Below, in pieces: positions 10,144 through 19,541 of a DNA stretch of 64,000 nucleotides. How positions within the stretch are numbered: position 1 is the first letter of the stretch; each line of letters opens with the position of its first letter. The stretch spans positions 1 to 64,000 of the forward strand of contig JANRLD010000042.1 of NCBI GenBank assembly GCA_033762915.1. Reading direction: 5' to 3'. Under the pieces are notes generated by a model that was not told the origin of the DNA, did not search any database, and saw nothing but the letters and a program-made list of their open reading frames with translations. This DNA comes from Meiothermus sp. (GTDB lineage: Bacteria > Deinococcota > Deinococci > Deinococcales > Thermaceae). The translations under genes and the position numbers were made by a program.

Positions 10144-11012
10144 GTGGCTGGGAGTCGGTGCTGACCAGCGGGATTGTGCTGGGCTCGCTCTACGCTCTGA
10201 TGGCCAGCGGACTCACCCTGGTCTGGTCTACCCTGGGCATCTTCAACTTCATGCACGGGGTGCTGATGACGGTGGGGGCCTACCTGGCCTGGCAGTTCGC
10301 GGTAGATCGGGGCTTCGGACTGGGGCTGGGGCTGGGTATCGTGCTGGCGGTGGTCTGCCTGGTCGCGCTGGGCTGTCTGGTCGAAATCCTGCTGATCCGG
10401 CCCTTCTACGGGCGCAAGGACCTGGTGCAGGTCACAGTGATGACCACCCTGGCCGGGCTGACCTTCCTCGAGAACAGTACCTTGCTGATCTGGGGGCCGC
10501 GCCTCAAGCAACTGCCCCCCGTGGTGGAGGGGCAGTTCCGCCTGCTGGGCCTTACCATGTCCAACCAGGAGGCGCTGATCGTGCTGCTCTCGCCGCTGAT
10601 TCTGCTGGCGCTTTGGGTCTTCCTGCGCTTCACCAGGGTCGGCAACGCCATCCGCGCGGTGGGGCAGAACCGAGAGTCGGCCCAGCTGATGGGCCTCAAC
10701 GTGCAGGCTCTGTTCATGACTACCTTCGCACTGGCCACCGTGCTGGCCGGGTTGGCGGGCGTCTTGCTGGGCTCGATCCGCTTCATCACCCCCACCCTCG
10801 GCTCCGACCCGCTCACCAAGGCCCTGATCGTCTCGATCTTCGGAGGGCTGGGCAGTGTGGGCGGTTCGATCGGGGCAGCCTACGTGGTAGGGATGCTCGA
10901 GGCCACCAGTGTCTTCGCCTTCGGGCTGTACTGGACGCCCTCGATCCTCTTCGTGGTGATGATCGTGGTGCTGATTTTCCGGCCCAACGGGCTGTTCGGG
11001 AGGCAGTCGTGA
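10140..11012 (+). CDS. Liv-type ABC permease (LivH-like)
   Basis: GSLYALMASGLTLVW...IFNF.HG; multiple TM segments. Confidence 0.92.
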   Translation: MSGWESVLTSGIVLGSLYALMASGLTLVWSTLGIFNFMHGVLMTVGAYLAWQFAVDRGFGLGLGLGIVLAVVCLVALGCLVEILLIRPFYGRKDLVQVTVMTTLAGLTFLENSTLLIWGPRLKQLPPVVEGQFRLLGLTMSNQEALIVLLSPLILLALWVFLRFTRVGNAIRAVGQNRESAQLMGLNVQALFMTTFALATVLAGLAGVLLGSIRFITPTLGSDPLTKALIVSIFGGLGSVGGSIGAAYVVGMLEATSVFAFGLYWTPSILFVVMIVVLIFRPNGLFGRQS

Positions 11013-11974
11013 GGCTTCGCTGGGCTGTGGGCGCGGTCTTGCTGCTGCTGCTGGTGCCGCTGGCGGTGGACAACAGCTACGTGCGCCACCTGTTCATCCT
11101 GGCCTTCATCTACGCGGTGTTGGCCTCCAACTGGGATTTCAGCCAGGGCTACGGCGGCATCTTCAACTTCGGCCACCTGTCCTTCTTCGGGCTAGGAGCC
11201 TACTCGAGTGGCATCCTGATCAAGCAGCTCGAGTGGAACCCTTGGCTGGCCCTTCTGGTCTCGGGTGCAGTGCCGGTGCTGGCGGCGCTTTTAGTGGGAC
11301 TGCCGGTGGTGCGGCTCAAGGGCATCTACGTGGTGCTGGTGACCTTCGCCTTCGGGCAACTCTGCCTGCAACTGATCCTGAGCCAAGCCGGTCTGACCGG
11401 CGGTTCGCAGGGGCTGGTCTCGATTGAGGGGCTGTGGCTGGGAGACTACGCGTTGAGCGCTGACGGCAAGCTGGGCTACTACTACGTCGGCCTGGGACTG
11501 CTGGCGCTCTCGACGCTCTACCTGCGCTGGCTGGTGCGCTCCGACTTCGGCCTGAGCGTCCAGGCCCTGCGCGACCAGGAGGAGTACGCTGCCGCCAGAG
11601 GCATCTCGCTGCCGCACACCCGCCTTCTGACCCTGATGGCCAGTTCCCTGTTCACTGGGATTGCAGGGGGCTTTTACGCCATCTATCTGGGGGTGGTCTC
11701 GCCGGACGTGTTCAGCTTCGCCATCACCTCGACGGTGCTGGGGATGCTGCTGCTGGGCGGGCTGGCGACCATCTACGGGCCGATCCTGGCGGCGTTCATC
11801 ATCACCTTCGGCTCGGAGGTGCTGGTCTCGCTCGGCCCGGTGCGCTTCTTGATTATTGCCGGACTGACCATCCTGGTGTTACGGTTACTGCCCGGCGGCT
11901 TGTACTCGGTACTCGAGCTGTTCCAGAGCCGTCCGGGCCGGTCGGTTCCGACCCGACAGGGGCGACCGGAGTGA
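11009..11974 (+). CDS. Liv-type ABC permease (LivM-like)
   Basis: GTG overlaps the upstream stop; GYGGIFNFGH..FFGLGAY; RLKGIY. Confidence 0.88.
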   Translation: MRLRWAVGAVLLLLLVPLAVDNSYVRHLFILAFIYAVLASNWDFSQGYGGIFNFGHLSFFGLGAYSSGILIKQLEWNPWLALLVSGAVPVLAALLVGLPVVRLKGIYVVLVTFAFGQLCLQLILSQAGLTGGSQGLVSIEGLWLGDYALSADGKLGYYYVGLGLLALSTLYLRWLVRSDFGLSVQALRDQEEYAAARGISLPHTRLLTLMASSLFTGIAGGFYAIYLGVVSPDVFSFAITSTVLGMLLLGGLATIYGPILAAFIITFGSEVLVSLGPVRFLIIAGLTILVLRLLPGGLYSVLELFQSRPGRSVPTRQGRPE

Positions 11975-11988
11975 CCTACGGAGGGGCA

Positions 11989-13302
11989 ATGAGGCGTGAG
12001 GAATTGGAGAAAAGCGGCGTTCAGTGGGTGCGGGTCTTGTGGTGCGATCACGCCAACCTGATCCGGGCCAAGGCGGTGCACGTCTCGATGCTGGAGGGCT
12101 TCGAGGGGATCGGCATCTCGGCCGCCCAGCAGGCCCTGCCGGTGATGTTCGACGCAGTGGCGCCGGGCGCGGGGCTGGGGCCGGTCGGCGACTCGCTCCT
12201 GGCGCCCGACTGGTCCACCCTTAAGCCGCTACCCTTCGCCCCGGCCCAGGCCCAGGTGATCGGCGACATGCGCTGGGAGGGAGGGCCCTGGGAGTACTGC
12301 CCGCGCGAGTACCTGCGCGGCCAGATGGCCCGGCTGAAGGCCCGGGGCCTCGAGGCCTTCGCGGCCTTCGAGAACGAGTTCTTCCTGCTGCAGCGTACCG
12401 AGGCCGGCTACGTCCCTGCCGACCGCACCGTCTACGCCCAGACCCAGGCCATGAACCAGCAGCAGGCCTTCGTGGGGGACTTCACCGAGGCCCTGATTGC
12501 CCAGGGGCTCCGTCCCGAGTTCTACTACCCCGAGTCGGCCCCCGGCCAGGTGGAGCTCTCGGTCCGCTACGCCGGGGCGCTCGAGGCCGCCGATAACCAG
12601 ATCGCCTACCGCGAGACCGCGCGCGGGGTGGCGGCTCGGCACGGCGTTGTAGCCAGCTTCCTGCCCAAGGTGGTCGACGGGGCGGCGGGCAGCGGCTGCC
12701 ACCTCAACTTGAGCCTGTGGGAGGCCGGTCGGAACGTAACGCCCGACCCTGCTCACCCCACAGGCCTCTCGGAGTCGGCCCGCGCCTTCATCGCCGGGGT
12801 GCTGGCCCACCTCCCCGCGCTGTGCGCCCTGACCATCCCCAGCCGCAACTCTTACCGGCGCATCCTGCCGCACTACTGGGCCGGGGCCTACCGGGCCTGG
12901 GGCTCCGCCAACCGCGAGGCGGCGGTGCGGGTCAGCCGCGGCCAGGGCGGGGCCGGCCGCTTCGAGCTCAAGACCGCCGACGCTAGCGCCAACCCCTACC
13001 TGGCCCTGGGGGGCCTGATCGCGGCCGGCCTCGACGGCCTCGAGCACTGCCTCGAACTGCCCCCCGAGGCCACCCAGGACCCCGCCCTGCTGAGCCAGGC
13101 CGAGCGCGAGGCGGCCGGCATCGACGTGCTGCCGCAGAGCCTCGAGGAGGCCCTGGGCCACCTGCGCCGAGACCCGGTGCTGCTGGACTCCCTGGGCCCC
13201 GCCCGGGCCCAGGCCTACTTGGCGGTCAAGCACATGGAGTGGGAGGCCCTGAAGGGGCTCAGCCTGGACGAAGAGGTGCGGATGCTGGCGGAGCGGTACT
13301 GA
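11989..13302 (+). CDS. glutamine synthetase-like gamma-glutamyl ligase (FluG C-terminal / PuuA-like)
   Basis: FENEFFL, ESAPGQVE, GSGCHLNLSL, NREAAVR, FELKTADASANPYL. Confidence 0.88.
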   Translation: MRREELEKSGVQWVRVLWCDHANLIRAKAVHVSMLEGFEGIGISAAQQALPVMFDAVAPGAGLGPVGDSLLAPDWSTLKPLPFAPAQAQVIGDMRWEGGPWEYCPREYLRGQMARLKARGLEAFAAFENEFFLLQRTEAGYVPADRTVYAQTQAMNQQQAFVGDFTEALIAQGLRPEFYYPESAPGQVELSVRYAGALEAADNQIAYRETARGVAARHGVVASFLPKVVDGAAGSGCHLNLSLWEAGRNVTPDPAHPTGLSESARAFIAGVLAHLPALCALTIPSRNSYRRILPHYWAGAYRAWGSANREAAVRVSRGQGGAGRFELKTADASANPYLALGGLIAAGLDGLEHCLELPPEATQDPALLSQAEREAAGIDVLPQSLEEALGHLRRDPVLLDSLGPARAQAYLAVKHMEWEALKGLSLDEEVRMLAERY

Positions 13303-13460
13303 GTTCTGTCGAAGGACGCTGGTCTCAAGACTCAAAACTCAATTCCTAGGTCAAACGACAAGCACCCGGCTTTTTGCCTTTAGCCTTTCGACCTCTGACC
13401 GCTTAGCTGCGACCTCCAACCTACCCCCACCGACGCCCCAGTAAACCCAGGGAACAACCT

Positions 13461-14579
13461 ATGAACCTTGATCATATCCCAATCATCGACCACCACGCCC
13501 ACGCGGTCTTTCACGAGCCGCTGTGGCGCAGCGAGCCCCTCGAGCCGATGTTTACCGAGGCCTACGACGCCGACATCTGGCGTCACCACGTGCGCAACAA
13601 CCTCTACTTCCAGCGCAGCATCGCCGACCTGGCGGGGTTCTACGGCTGCGAGGAGGACGTGGAGGCGGTGCTGGCAGCCCGGCAGCGGTGCGACTACCTC
13701 GAGCTCGGCCGGCGCTTCTTCCGGGCGGCCAACATCTCCGACTGGCTGATCGACGACGGCATCTGGACCGACCGCCTGATGAGCGTGGAGCAGTGCGCGG
13801 CGCTGGGACCCAGGACCGCCCGGGTGCTGCGCCTCGAGGCCGAGATCGCGCCCTTCATCCAGGATCACGACTCGGCCCGCAGCCTGTTCCAGGCCTTCAA
13901 CCAGCACTTAGAGAAAGTCGCCCCCTCGTTGATTGGCTTCAAAAGCATCATCGCCTACCGCACCGGGCTGGACGTGGTCCCGCACGACTGGCCGGCGGTC
14001 GAGGCCGCCTACACTGAGTTCAAGCGCGAGCTGCGCCCCGGCCAGATCCCGCGGCTCAACACCAAGCCGCTCAACGACACCCTGCTGTGGTGGGCGCTCG
14101 AGGTGGCGGCGGCGTCCGGCAAGCCGATCCAGTTCCACACCGGCTACGGCGACCCTGACCTCGACATGCGCCTGGCCAACCCGCTGCACCTGCGCGGGCT
14201 GCTCGAGGCGCCCCAGCTCGCGGGCCTCAAGGTGGTGACGCTACACTGCTACCCCTACGTGCGCGAGGCCGGCTACCTGGCCAGCGTCTACGGCGGGGCC
14301 TACCTCGACCTGGGCCTGACCGTACCCTACCTCAGCGTGCAGGGGATGCGAGGCGCGGTGCAGGAGGCGCTGCACCTCTCGCCGGTGAGCAAGGTGCTGT
14401 TTTCCAGCGACGCCCAGCGCACCCCCGAGATGTTCTGGCTGGCCGCCAAGTGGGGCCGCAAGGTGCTGGGGCAGAGCCTGCAAGGCGCCATCGACGATGG
14501 CGACCTCCGGCCCGCCCAGGCCGAGCGGGCCGCCGAGATGATCCTACGCGGCAACGCCCAGCAGGTCTACGGCCTGTGA
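13461..14579 (+). CDS. amidohydrolase (FluG N-terminal / nodulin-like)
   Basis: IIDHHAH, FKSIIAYRTGL, QFHTGYGD, LHCYP, SSD metal-binding motifs. Confidence 0.88.
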   Translation: MNLDHIPIIDHHAHAVFHEPLWRSEPLEPMFTEAYDADIWRHHVRNNLYFQRSIADLAGFYGCEEDVEAVLAARQRCDYLELGRRFFRAANISDWLIDDGIWTDRLMSVEQCAALGPRTARVLRLEAEIAPFIQDHDSARSLFQAFNQHLEKVAPSLIGFKSIIAYRTGLDVVPHDWPAVEAAYTEFKRELRPGQIPRLNTKPLNDTLLWWALEVAAASGKPIQFHTGYGDPDLDMRLANPLHLRGLLEAPQLAGLKVVTLHCYPYVREAGYLASVYGGAYLDLGLTVPYLSVQGMRGAVQEALHLSPVSKVLFSSDAQRTPEMFWLAAKWGRKVLGQSLQGAIDDGDLRPAQAERAAEMILRGNAQQVYGL

Positions 14580-14589
14580 GGAAGGAAGC

Positions 14590-15387
14590 ATGTCTGTCCT
14601 GATCGTCACGCCCCACAGCTCCGGCGCGGTCCCGACCGAGGTCCTGGCCCAGATGCTGGGCGAGAAGATATTCGACTCGAGCGCCAGGGCTGAGCGCCTC
14701 GAGTGGATTGCACGGGAGGGCGACCCCTACACCGATCTGATTTTCCATGTCCCTGGGGCGTTGAACATCCAGGCCATTTACAGCCGCTTTGTGGTGGATT
14801 TGAACCGGCCCAGAGACCGCCGGGGCAGCAACGGGGTCATCAAGCTGACCGACTTCGAGGAGAACTCCTGGTATCCCGAGGGGTTCGCCCTAAGTGAGGC
14901 GCAGTACGAAGAGCGCCTGCAGCGTTACTGGGACAGCTTCTACGCCGAACTCGACCGCCTCGTCAGCTTGCGCCGGCCCAGGCTGCTGATAGACGGCCAC
15001 TCGATGCAGCCTCAAGGCCCCGTCATCGGCCCCGACAAAGGCCGGCCGCGCCCCGCGTTGTGCCTGATGGCCGGTGAAGGCGACAACACCACGCTCAACG
15101 CAGAACAGGCCGAGGCGGTGATGGGACTGCTCGAGAGGCACTTCGCCCCCGTCGTCGCGGCCTCGGGCTACCCCAACAAGGACATCGCGCTCAACAGCCC
15201 ATGGAACCTCGACGAACTCAGCCTGCGCTACAAGCAGAGGTTCGGAATTCCAGCCTTCGGCCTCGAGTTCAACCGCGCCCTCTTCACCCGCTACCTGCCG
15301 GATGGAGAGGCCCCCGACGATGGTGCGATTGCCCAGCTCAACCGGGCCTTCCGGAGTTTCGTGGACGACCTCGAGCCGCTCTTCTAG
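14590..15387 (+). CDS. N-formylglutamate amidohydrolase family protein
   Basis: TPHSS, D.YTD, SRFVVDLNR, DGHSM, EFNRALF. Confidence 0.85.
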   Translation: MSVLIVTPHSSGAVPTEVLAQMLGEKIFDSSARAERLEWIAREGDPYTDLIFHVPGALNIQAIYSRFVVDLNRPRDRRGSNGVIKLTDFEENSWYPEGFALSEAQYEERLQRYWDSFYAELDRLVSLRRPRLLIDGHSMQPQGPVIGPDKGRPRPALCLMAGEGDNTTLNAEQAEAVMGLLERHFAPVVAASGYPNKDIALNSPWNLDELSLRYKQRFGIPAFGLEFNRALFTRYLPDGEAPDDGAIAQLNRAFRSFVDDLEPLF

Positions 15388-15480
15388 GTTGCGCCAGGGT
15401 AGATTTGCGAGATGGTCGAAGTCGGGGTTGGCGGGCCGCGGTGTGTGTGCTGGCGATACGGTAAGTTTCGATCAAAGCCC
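15388..15480 (-). repeat. family B element (degenerate), abutting the TAG stop of the upstream gene
   Basis: GTTGCGCCAGGGTAGATTTGCGAGAT is the reverse complement of the family B end at 42921-42946. Confidence 0.6.
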
Positions 15481-15492
15481 TGCGAAAACTTA

Positions 15493-15594
15493 GAGCGGTG
15501 CTCACGCATACTCCCTACGGCGCTAAAGCGGGTGGTGTTTGCTGGAGGGAGTACATTACCTGCCGCCGCGAGGGAGGTAAGGGTGGAAACGCGA
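15493..15594 (-). mobile_element. MITE-like family A, copy 2
   Basis: GAGCGGTGCTCAC...GGAAACGCGA flanked by TTA/TTA. Confidence 0.8.
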
Positions 15595-15779
15595 TTAGGG
15601 CTGAAATCCGTCCCCCGCCGCGTGGGGTCGGCGCGGCCGGAATCCACTCGAGAACCGCTATAAGCCGCGCGATGGCAGTGACCGTCGCGGGCCACGGGTA
15701 TCCCACCAAGGTCTGCTGGGCCGCGCCCGAGGGCCGCTAATTTGGGCCCGATGCCCGATGGTGCCGTAAGTTAAGACCT

Positions 15780-16433
15780 ATGCAGATACGGCACCTTTGG
15801 TTGCAAACCCACAAGCTCGAGCAACTGCTGGAGTTCTATACCCAGACCCTCAATCTACCCTTGCTCGGGCAACCCGCCCCGTCCTTCACGGTACAAGTCG
15901 GGGTTTCCCGGCTGGCCTTCGATCCTGCCCCGCCCCACCAACAACCGCTCTACCACTTCGCCTTTAATGTTCCCGGGAACCAACTGATGGAGGCCAGAGC
16001 GTGGGCGGAGGCTCGAGTGCCGCTCATCGCCGATGCCCGGGGTGAGAGGGTGTTCCGCTCAGAGGGTTGGAACGCCGACATGTTCTATTTCTACGACCCT
16101 GCAGGCAACGTCCTCGAGATGATCGCCCGACACGACCTGGGCAACACCTCTGACCGACCCTTTTCCTGGCAGAGCCTCCAGAACATCAGCGAGATCGGTG
16201 TGGCGACGGACGACGTTAGGGCCACCGTGGAGCGGCTGCAGGCCCGAACCGGGTGGCCGCTGTACCGCACCGAAGTCAACGACAGCTTCATGCCGGTGGG
16301 CGACGAACACGGGCTGTTCATCGTGGTCAGGCGGGGCCGGATCTGGTTCCCTGATACGGGCAGGTCGGCGGAACCCGCGCCGTTCAAGGTGGCACTGGGC
16401 GACGGTCGGGTTTGGACCGAGCGGGACTTGTGA
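15780..16433 (+). CDS. VOC/glyoxalase-like protein
   Basis: FYTQTL, YHFAFN, YFYDPAGNVLE. Confidence 0.85.
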   Translation: MQIRHLWLQTHKLEQLLEFYTQTLNLPLLGQPAPSFTVQVGVSRLAFDPAPPHQQPLYHFAFNVPGNQLMEARAWAEARVPLIADARGERVFRSEGWNADMFYFYDPAGNVLEMIARHDLGNTSDRPFSWQSLQNISEIGVATDDVRATVERLQARTGWPLYRTEVNDSFMPVGDEHGLFIVVRRGRIWFPDTGRSAEPAPFKVALGDGRVWTERDL

Positions 16434-16520
16434 GAGCGGTTCCCACGAATACTCTCGACAGCAACGCTGTAGGGAGTACATTACCTGCCGCCGCGAGGGA
16501 AGTAAGGGTTGGAAACGCGA
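16434..16520 (-). mobile_element. MITE-like family A, copy 3
   Basis: GAGCGGTTCCCAC...GGAAACGCGA starting immediately after a TGA stop. Confidence 0.8.
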
Positions 16521-16530
16521 TGGGGTGCGA

Positions 16531-16839
16531 ATGGCCTACTATCTGGTTCGGGCGAAGGTAAAAGGCGACCTGGCGCAGCTCAAACGCCGGCTGGACGACG
16601 GCGAGGTTCGGGCCATGCGGCCCTTCGGGACAGCACTGGACGAGTCGCTGAGGGGGGCAAGGCTCGAGGCCGACGGAAGCTGGGTCTGGGAAGAACAGGA
16701 CCACTGCGTGCCGCCGTTGGCGATGGAGCAGGCGGCGGTTTTGGACACATACTTCGAGGGGCTCGAGGTTGAGGCAGTGCGGAAGGGGCAGGGCTGGCGG
16801 CGCATCGAAAGTTTGCCGAGCGCCTGGGGGCAGGATTGA
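16531..16839 (+). CDS. conserved hypothetical protein (MAYYLVRA...WEEQDHCVPPLAME)
   Basis: Coding-like codon usage; compact ORF between the MITE and the NAT gene. Confidence 0.7.
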   Translation: MAYYLVRAKVKGDLAQLKRRLDDGEVRAMRPFGTALDESLRGARLEADGSWVWEEQDHCVPPLAMEQAAVLDTYFEGLEVEAVRKGQGWRRIESLPSAWGQD

Positions 16840-16941
16840 GCCGCGGGGGGCTGTGCCGGGTGCCAACGGCAGGGCCTCGAGTGGGCGAGGCGGCCTCTAA
16901 GGAGCACTTCGCGCGGGCACAGAGTGTAGGAGAATGGGGCA

Positions 16942-17784
16942 ATGGGCCGGCTGGAGCAATATCTGCAGCGCATAGGCTACCCGTCTTCGCTCGAGCCAGG
17001 GTCGGGCTCGTCTTCGCTCGAGCCAAATCTAAAGACCCTCACTGCACTGCACCGCGCCCACCTGGGGGCAATACCTTACGAGAACTTAGACATACATCTG
17101 GGCCGACCCCTGACCCTGGATTTCGAGGCCATCTTCGAGAAAATCGTGCTCAACCGGCGCGGCGGCTGGTGCTACGAGCAGAACAGCCTGCTGGCCTGGG
17201 CACTGCGCGAGCTGGGATACGAGGTGCGGATGATCTCCGGCGCAGTGGGACGGGACGCCAAGGGGGAGTTGGCGGAGGGCAACCACTTGGCGCTGCTGGT
17301 TCAGCTCGAGCAACCGTACATCGCCGACGCGGGCTTCGGGGACGGACCGCTGGAGCCGATCCCCTTGCGCGAAGGAACTTACCGACAGGGCTTTCTCGAG
17401 TACCGCCTGAGCCGCGAGGGCGAGCGGTGGTTTTTTTACAATCACCCCTACGGCGGCGCGCAGGGGTTTGACTTCACCCCTAAAGCTCGCCACATCTCCG
17501 AGTTTGCCGAGCGCTGCCACTACCTGCAAACCTCGCCAGAATCGGGCTTTGTGCGCACCACGGTCTGCCAGACCCTTACCCCCGATTCGCTCGTGACCCT
17601 GCGCGGAGCGGTGCTCAAGACCCTCACGGCGGCGGGGGAGCACCAGCGAACCTTGGAGAGCGAGGCCGAGTATGCGCGGGTGCTGCGTGAGGTCTACGGC
17701 CTCGAGTTGCCCCAGGTCGGGCAGCTCTACGCCAGGGTTCTGGAGCGGCACCGGCTATGGCTGCAAGGCGATACCGCGGCCTGA
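16942..17784 (+). CDS. arylamine N-acetyltransferase
   Basis: PYENL, RRGGWCYEQN (catalytic Cys), NHLAL, ADAGFG. Confidence 0.93.
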   Translation: MGRLEQYLQRIGYPSSLEPGSGSSSLEPNLKTLTALHRAHLGAIPYENLDIHLGRPLTLDFEAIFEKIVLNRRGGWCYEQNSLLAWALRELGYEVRMISGAVGRDAKGELAEGNHLALLVQLEQPYIADAGFGDGPLEPIPLREGTYRQGFLEYRLSREGERWFFYNHPYGGAQGFDFTPKARHISEFAERCHYLQTSPESGFVRTTVCQTLTPDSLVTLRGAVLKTLTAAGEHQRTLESEAEYARVLREVYGLELPQVGQLYARVLERHRLWLQGDTAA

Positions 17785-17879
17785 GGGGAGCCTCGAGAAC
17801 ACCACCGCAGACAAGCCTTGTGCGACGGCCGCGACACCCACAACCCAGATTTCTCACCTCGGGGCCTTACCCTATACCC

Positions 17880-18329
17880 ATGCGCTGGCTGCTGGTTCTG
17901 GCTATTCTGGCGGTGGGCTGCCGCTACACCTTTATCCCACTCGATCCGGGCCGCACCGCTTTCCCCGAGCGGGCGGTGGTGTCGGGGAGCCTCGAGCCCG
18001 TGGAGCGGGGGGCCGTCGCCAGGATCAACGTGCGGCGGATGCCCGAGGCCAACTACCTCGAGCTACGGTGGTTTAAAGAAGACCAGCTCTATCAGGAGAG
18101 GTCAATCTGGGTGGAGGCGCCCGGCACCTACGAGGCCCGCTTCGACCGCTTCGACGACGGCTACTACCGCCTGCTGGTGGTGATCAGGAACAGCCCCTAC
18201 CTGCAACTCGAGGTCGGCACCCCGCTGGTGCCCCAGCCGCCCGAGGTCACCCCGCCCCCAACCAACCCCTCCGAACTGCCTGCGCCCAGCCCGACTGCAC
18301 CCGCCACACCGACTCCGCCCAACCGGTAG
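17880..18329 (+). CDS. lipoprotein with a Pro/Thr-rich tail
   Basis: MRWLLVLAILAVG-C lipobox. Confidence 0.75.
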   Translation: MRWLLVLAILAVGCRYTFIPLDPGRTAFPERAVVSGSLEPVERGAVARINVRRMPEANYLELRWFKEDQLYQERSIWVEAPGTYEARFDRFDDGYYRLLVVIRNSPYLQLEVGTPLVPQPPEVTPPPTNPSELPAPSPTAPATPTPPNR

Positions 18330-18448
18330 CAGCCTCCCGAACCATAGGGTGTCCACAACGTGAACCCAGCACAACGCCCGGAAACACGCGTCGGGGTTTG
18401 CGCCCGTGCTTGCATCCGCGCTTGCCCCGGGCCGCGTTTCCGCGACGA

Positions 18449-19492
18449 TCAGCGGGTGAATTCGGTCGCGGGGTTTTGGGCGTACAGGGCAAAGAGCTTG
18501 ACGATCTGCTCCACGTCGCCAAGGTCAATCATCTCCGAGGGGCTGTGCATGTAGCGGTTGGGCACCGAGACCAGGCCGCAGGGAATGCCCCCGCGCACCA
18601 TGGCCACCTCGTCGGTATCGGTGCCGCTGCTTCTGCCGTGGGTGGCCAGCTTGTAGGACAACTGGGCGCGGGCCGCCAGGTCGCGCAACTGGCGCAGCAC
18701 CTTGGGGTGGACGAACGGCCCCACGTCCAGCACCGCCCCCGCACCCAGGGCGCCCTCCCCGGTCTGCTTGGGGTCTACCCCCACCTGCTTGCTGCAGGGG
18801 GTCACGTCGACGATCAGGGCGCTGTCGGGGCGCAGTTGGAAGGCGGCGGTGCGGGCGCCGTAGGCCCCGATCTCCTCCTGCACGCTGGCCACCGCCGTGA
18901 CCTCGGCCTGCACCCCCCACTCCTTGGCCAGCCGCAGCCCCTCGAGCACCACGAAGGCCCCGATCCGGTTATCAATTCCCTTGGAGACCATCCGCCTGCC
19001 CAGCAGGTAGCGCGGTGGCTGGTCGATCACCCCCACACTCCCCACCTCGAGCCACTGCTCGGCCTCGGCCTTGTCCCTGGCCCCGAGGTCTATGTAGAGG
19101 TCTTTGAGCTTGGGGGTCTTGTCGCGCTCGTCGCCCTCGAGCAGGTGGATCGGCTTGCGCCCCACCACGCCGCTCACCGCGCCCTGCGGGCCCACAAACC
19201 GGACGCGCTGTCCCACCAGCACCTGGGCGTCCCAGTTGCCCAGGCCCTGAACGTAGGCCATTCCGCCCTCGTCGATGTAGCTGACGATCACCCCGATCTC
19301 GTCGACGTGTCCAGAGAACATCACTCGGGGGCTGGCCCCGGGGTTGATGGTCGCGTAGCCGTTGCCCAGGTGGTCGGTGAACACCCGGTCGGCAAAGCTG
19401 CGGGCCTCCTCGGCCCAGACCCTCACCGCCTCGGCCTCGAAGCCGGTGGGGCCGGTGGCCTCGAGAAGCCGCTGGAGAAAAGCCAGATTCAC
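18449..19492 (-). CDS. M42 family metallopeptidase
   Basis: GHVDEIG, DNRIG, VQEEIG, GTDT, RYMHSPSE. Confidence 0.92.
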   Translation of the reverse strand: MNLAFLQRLLEATGPTGFEAEAVRVWAEEARSFADRVFTDHLGNGYATINPGASPRVMFSGHVDEIGVIVSYIDEGGMAYVQGLGNWDAQVLVGQRVRFVGPQGAVSGVVGRKPIHLLEGDERDKTPKLKDLYIDLGARDKAEAEQWLEVGSVGVIDQPPRYLLGRRMVSKGIDNRIGAFVVLEGLRLAKEWGVQAEVTAVASVQEEIGAYGARTAAFQLRPDSALIVDVTPCSKQVGVDPKQTGEGALGAGAVLDVGPFVHPKVLRQLRDLAARAQLSYKLATHGRSSGTDTDEVAMVRGGIPCGLVSVPNRYMHSPSEMIDLGDVEQIVKLFALYAQNPATEFTR

Positions 19493-19541
19493 GGGCGCAT
19501 TCTACTGCGCTTTCAGAGGCCGTAGGCCAAACGCCAGAGCC

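Noticed and set aside
10091..11974. 627-aa ORF
   Set aside because: The first half is an off-frame overlap of the LivH-like gene; the real permease starts at 11009
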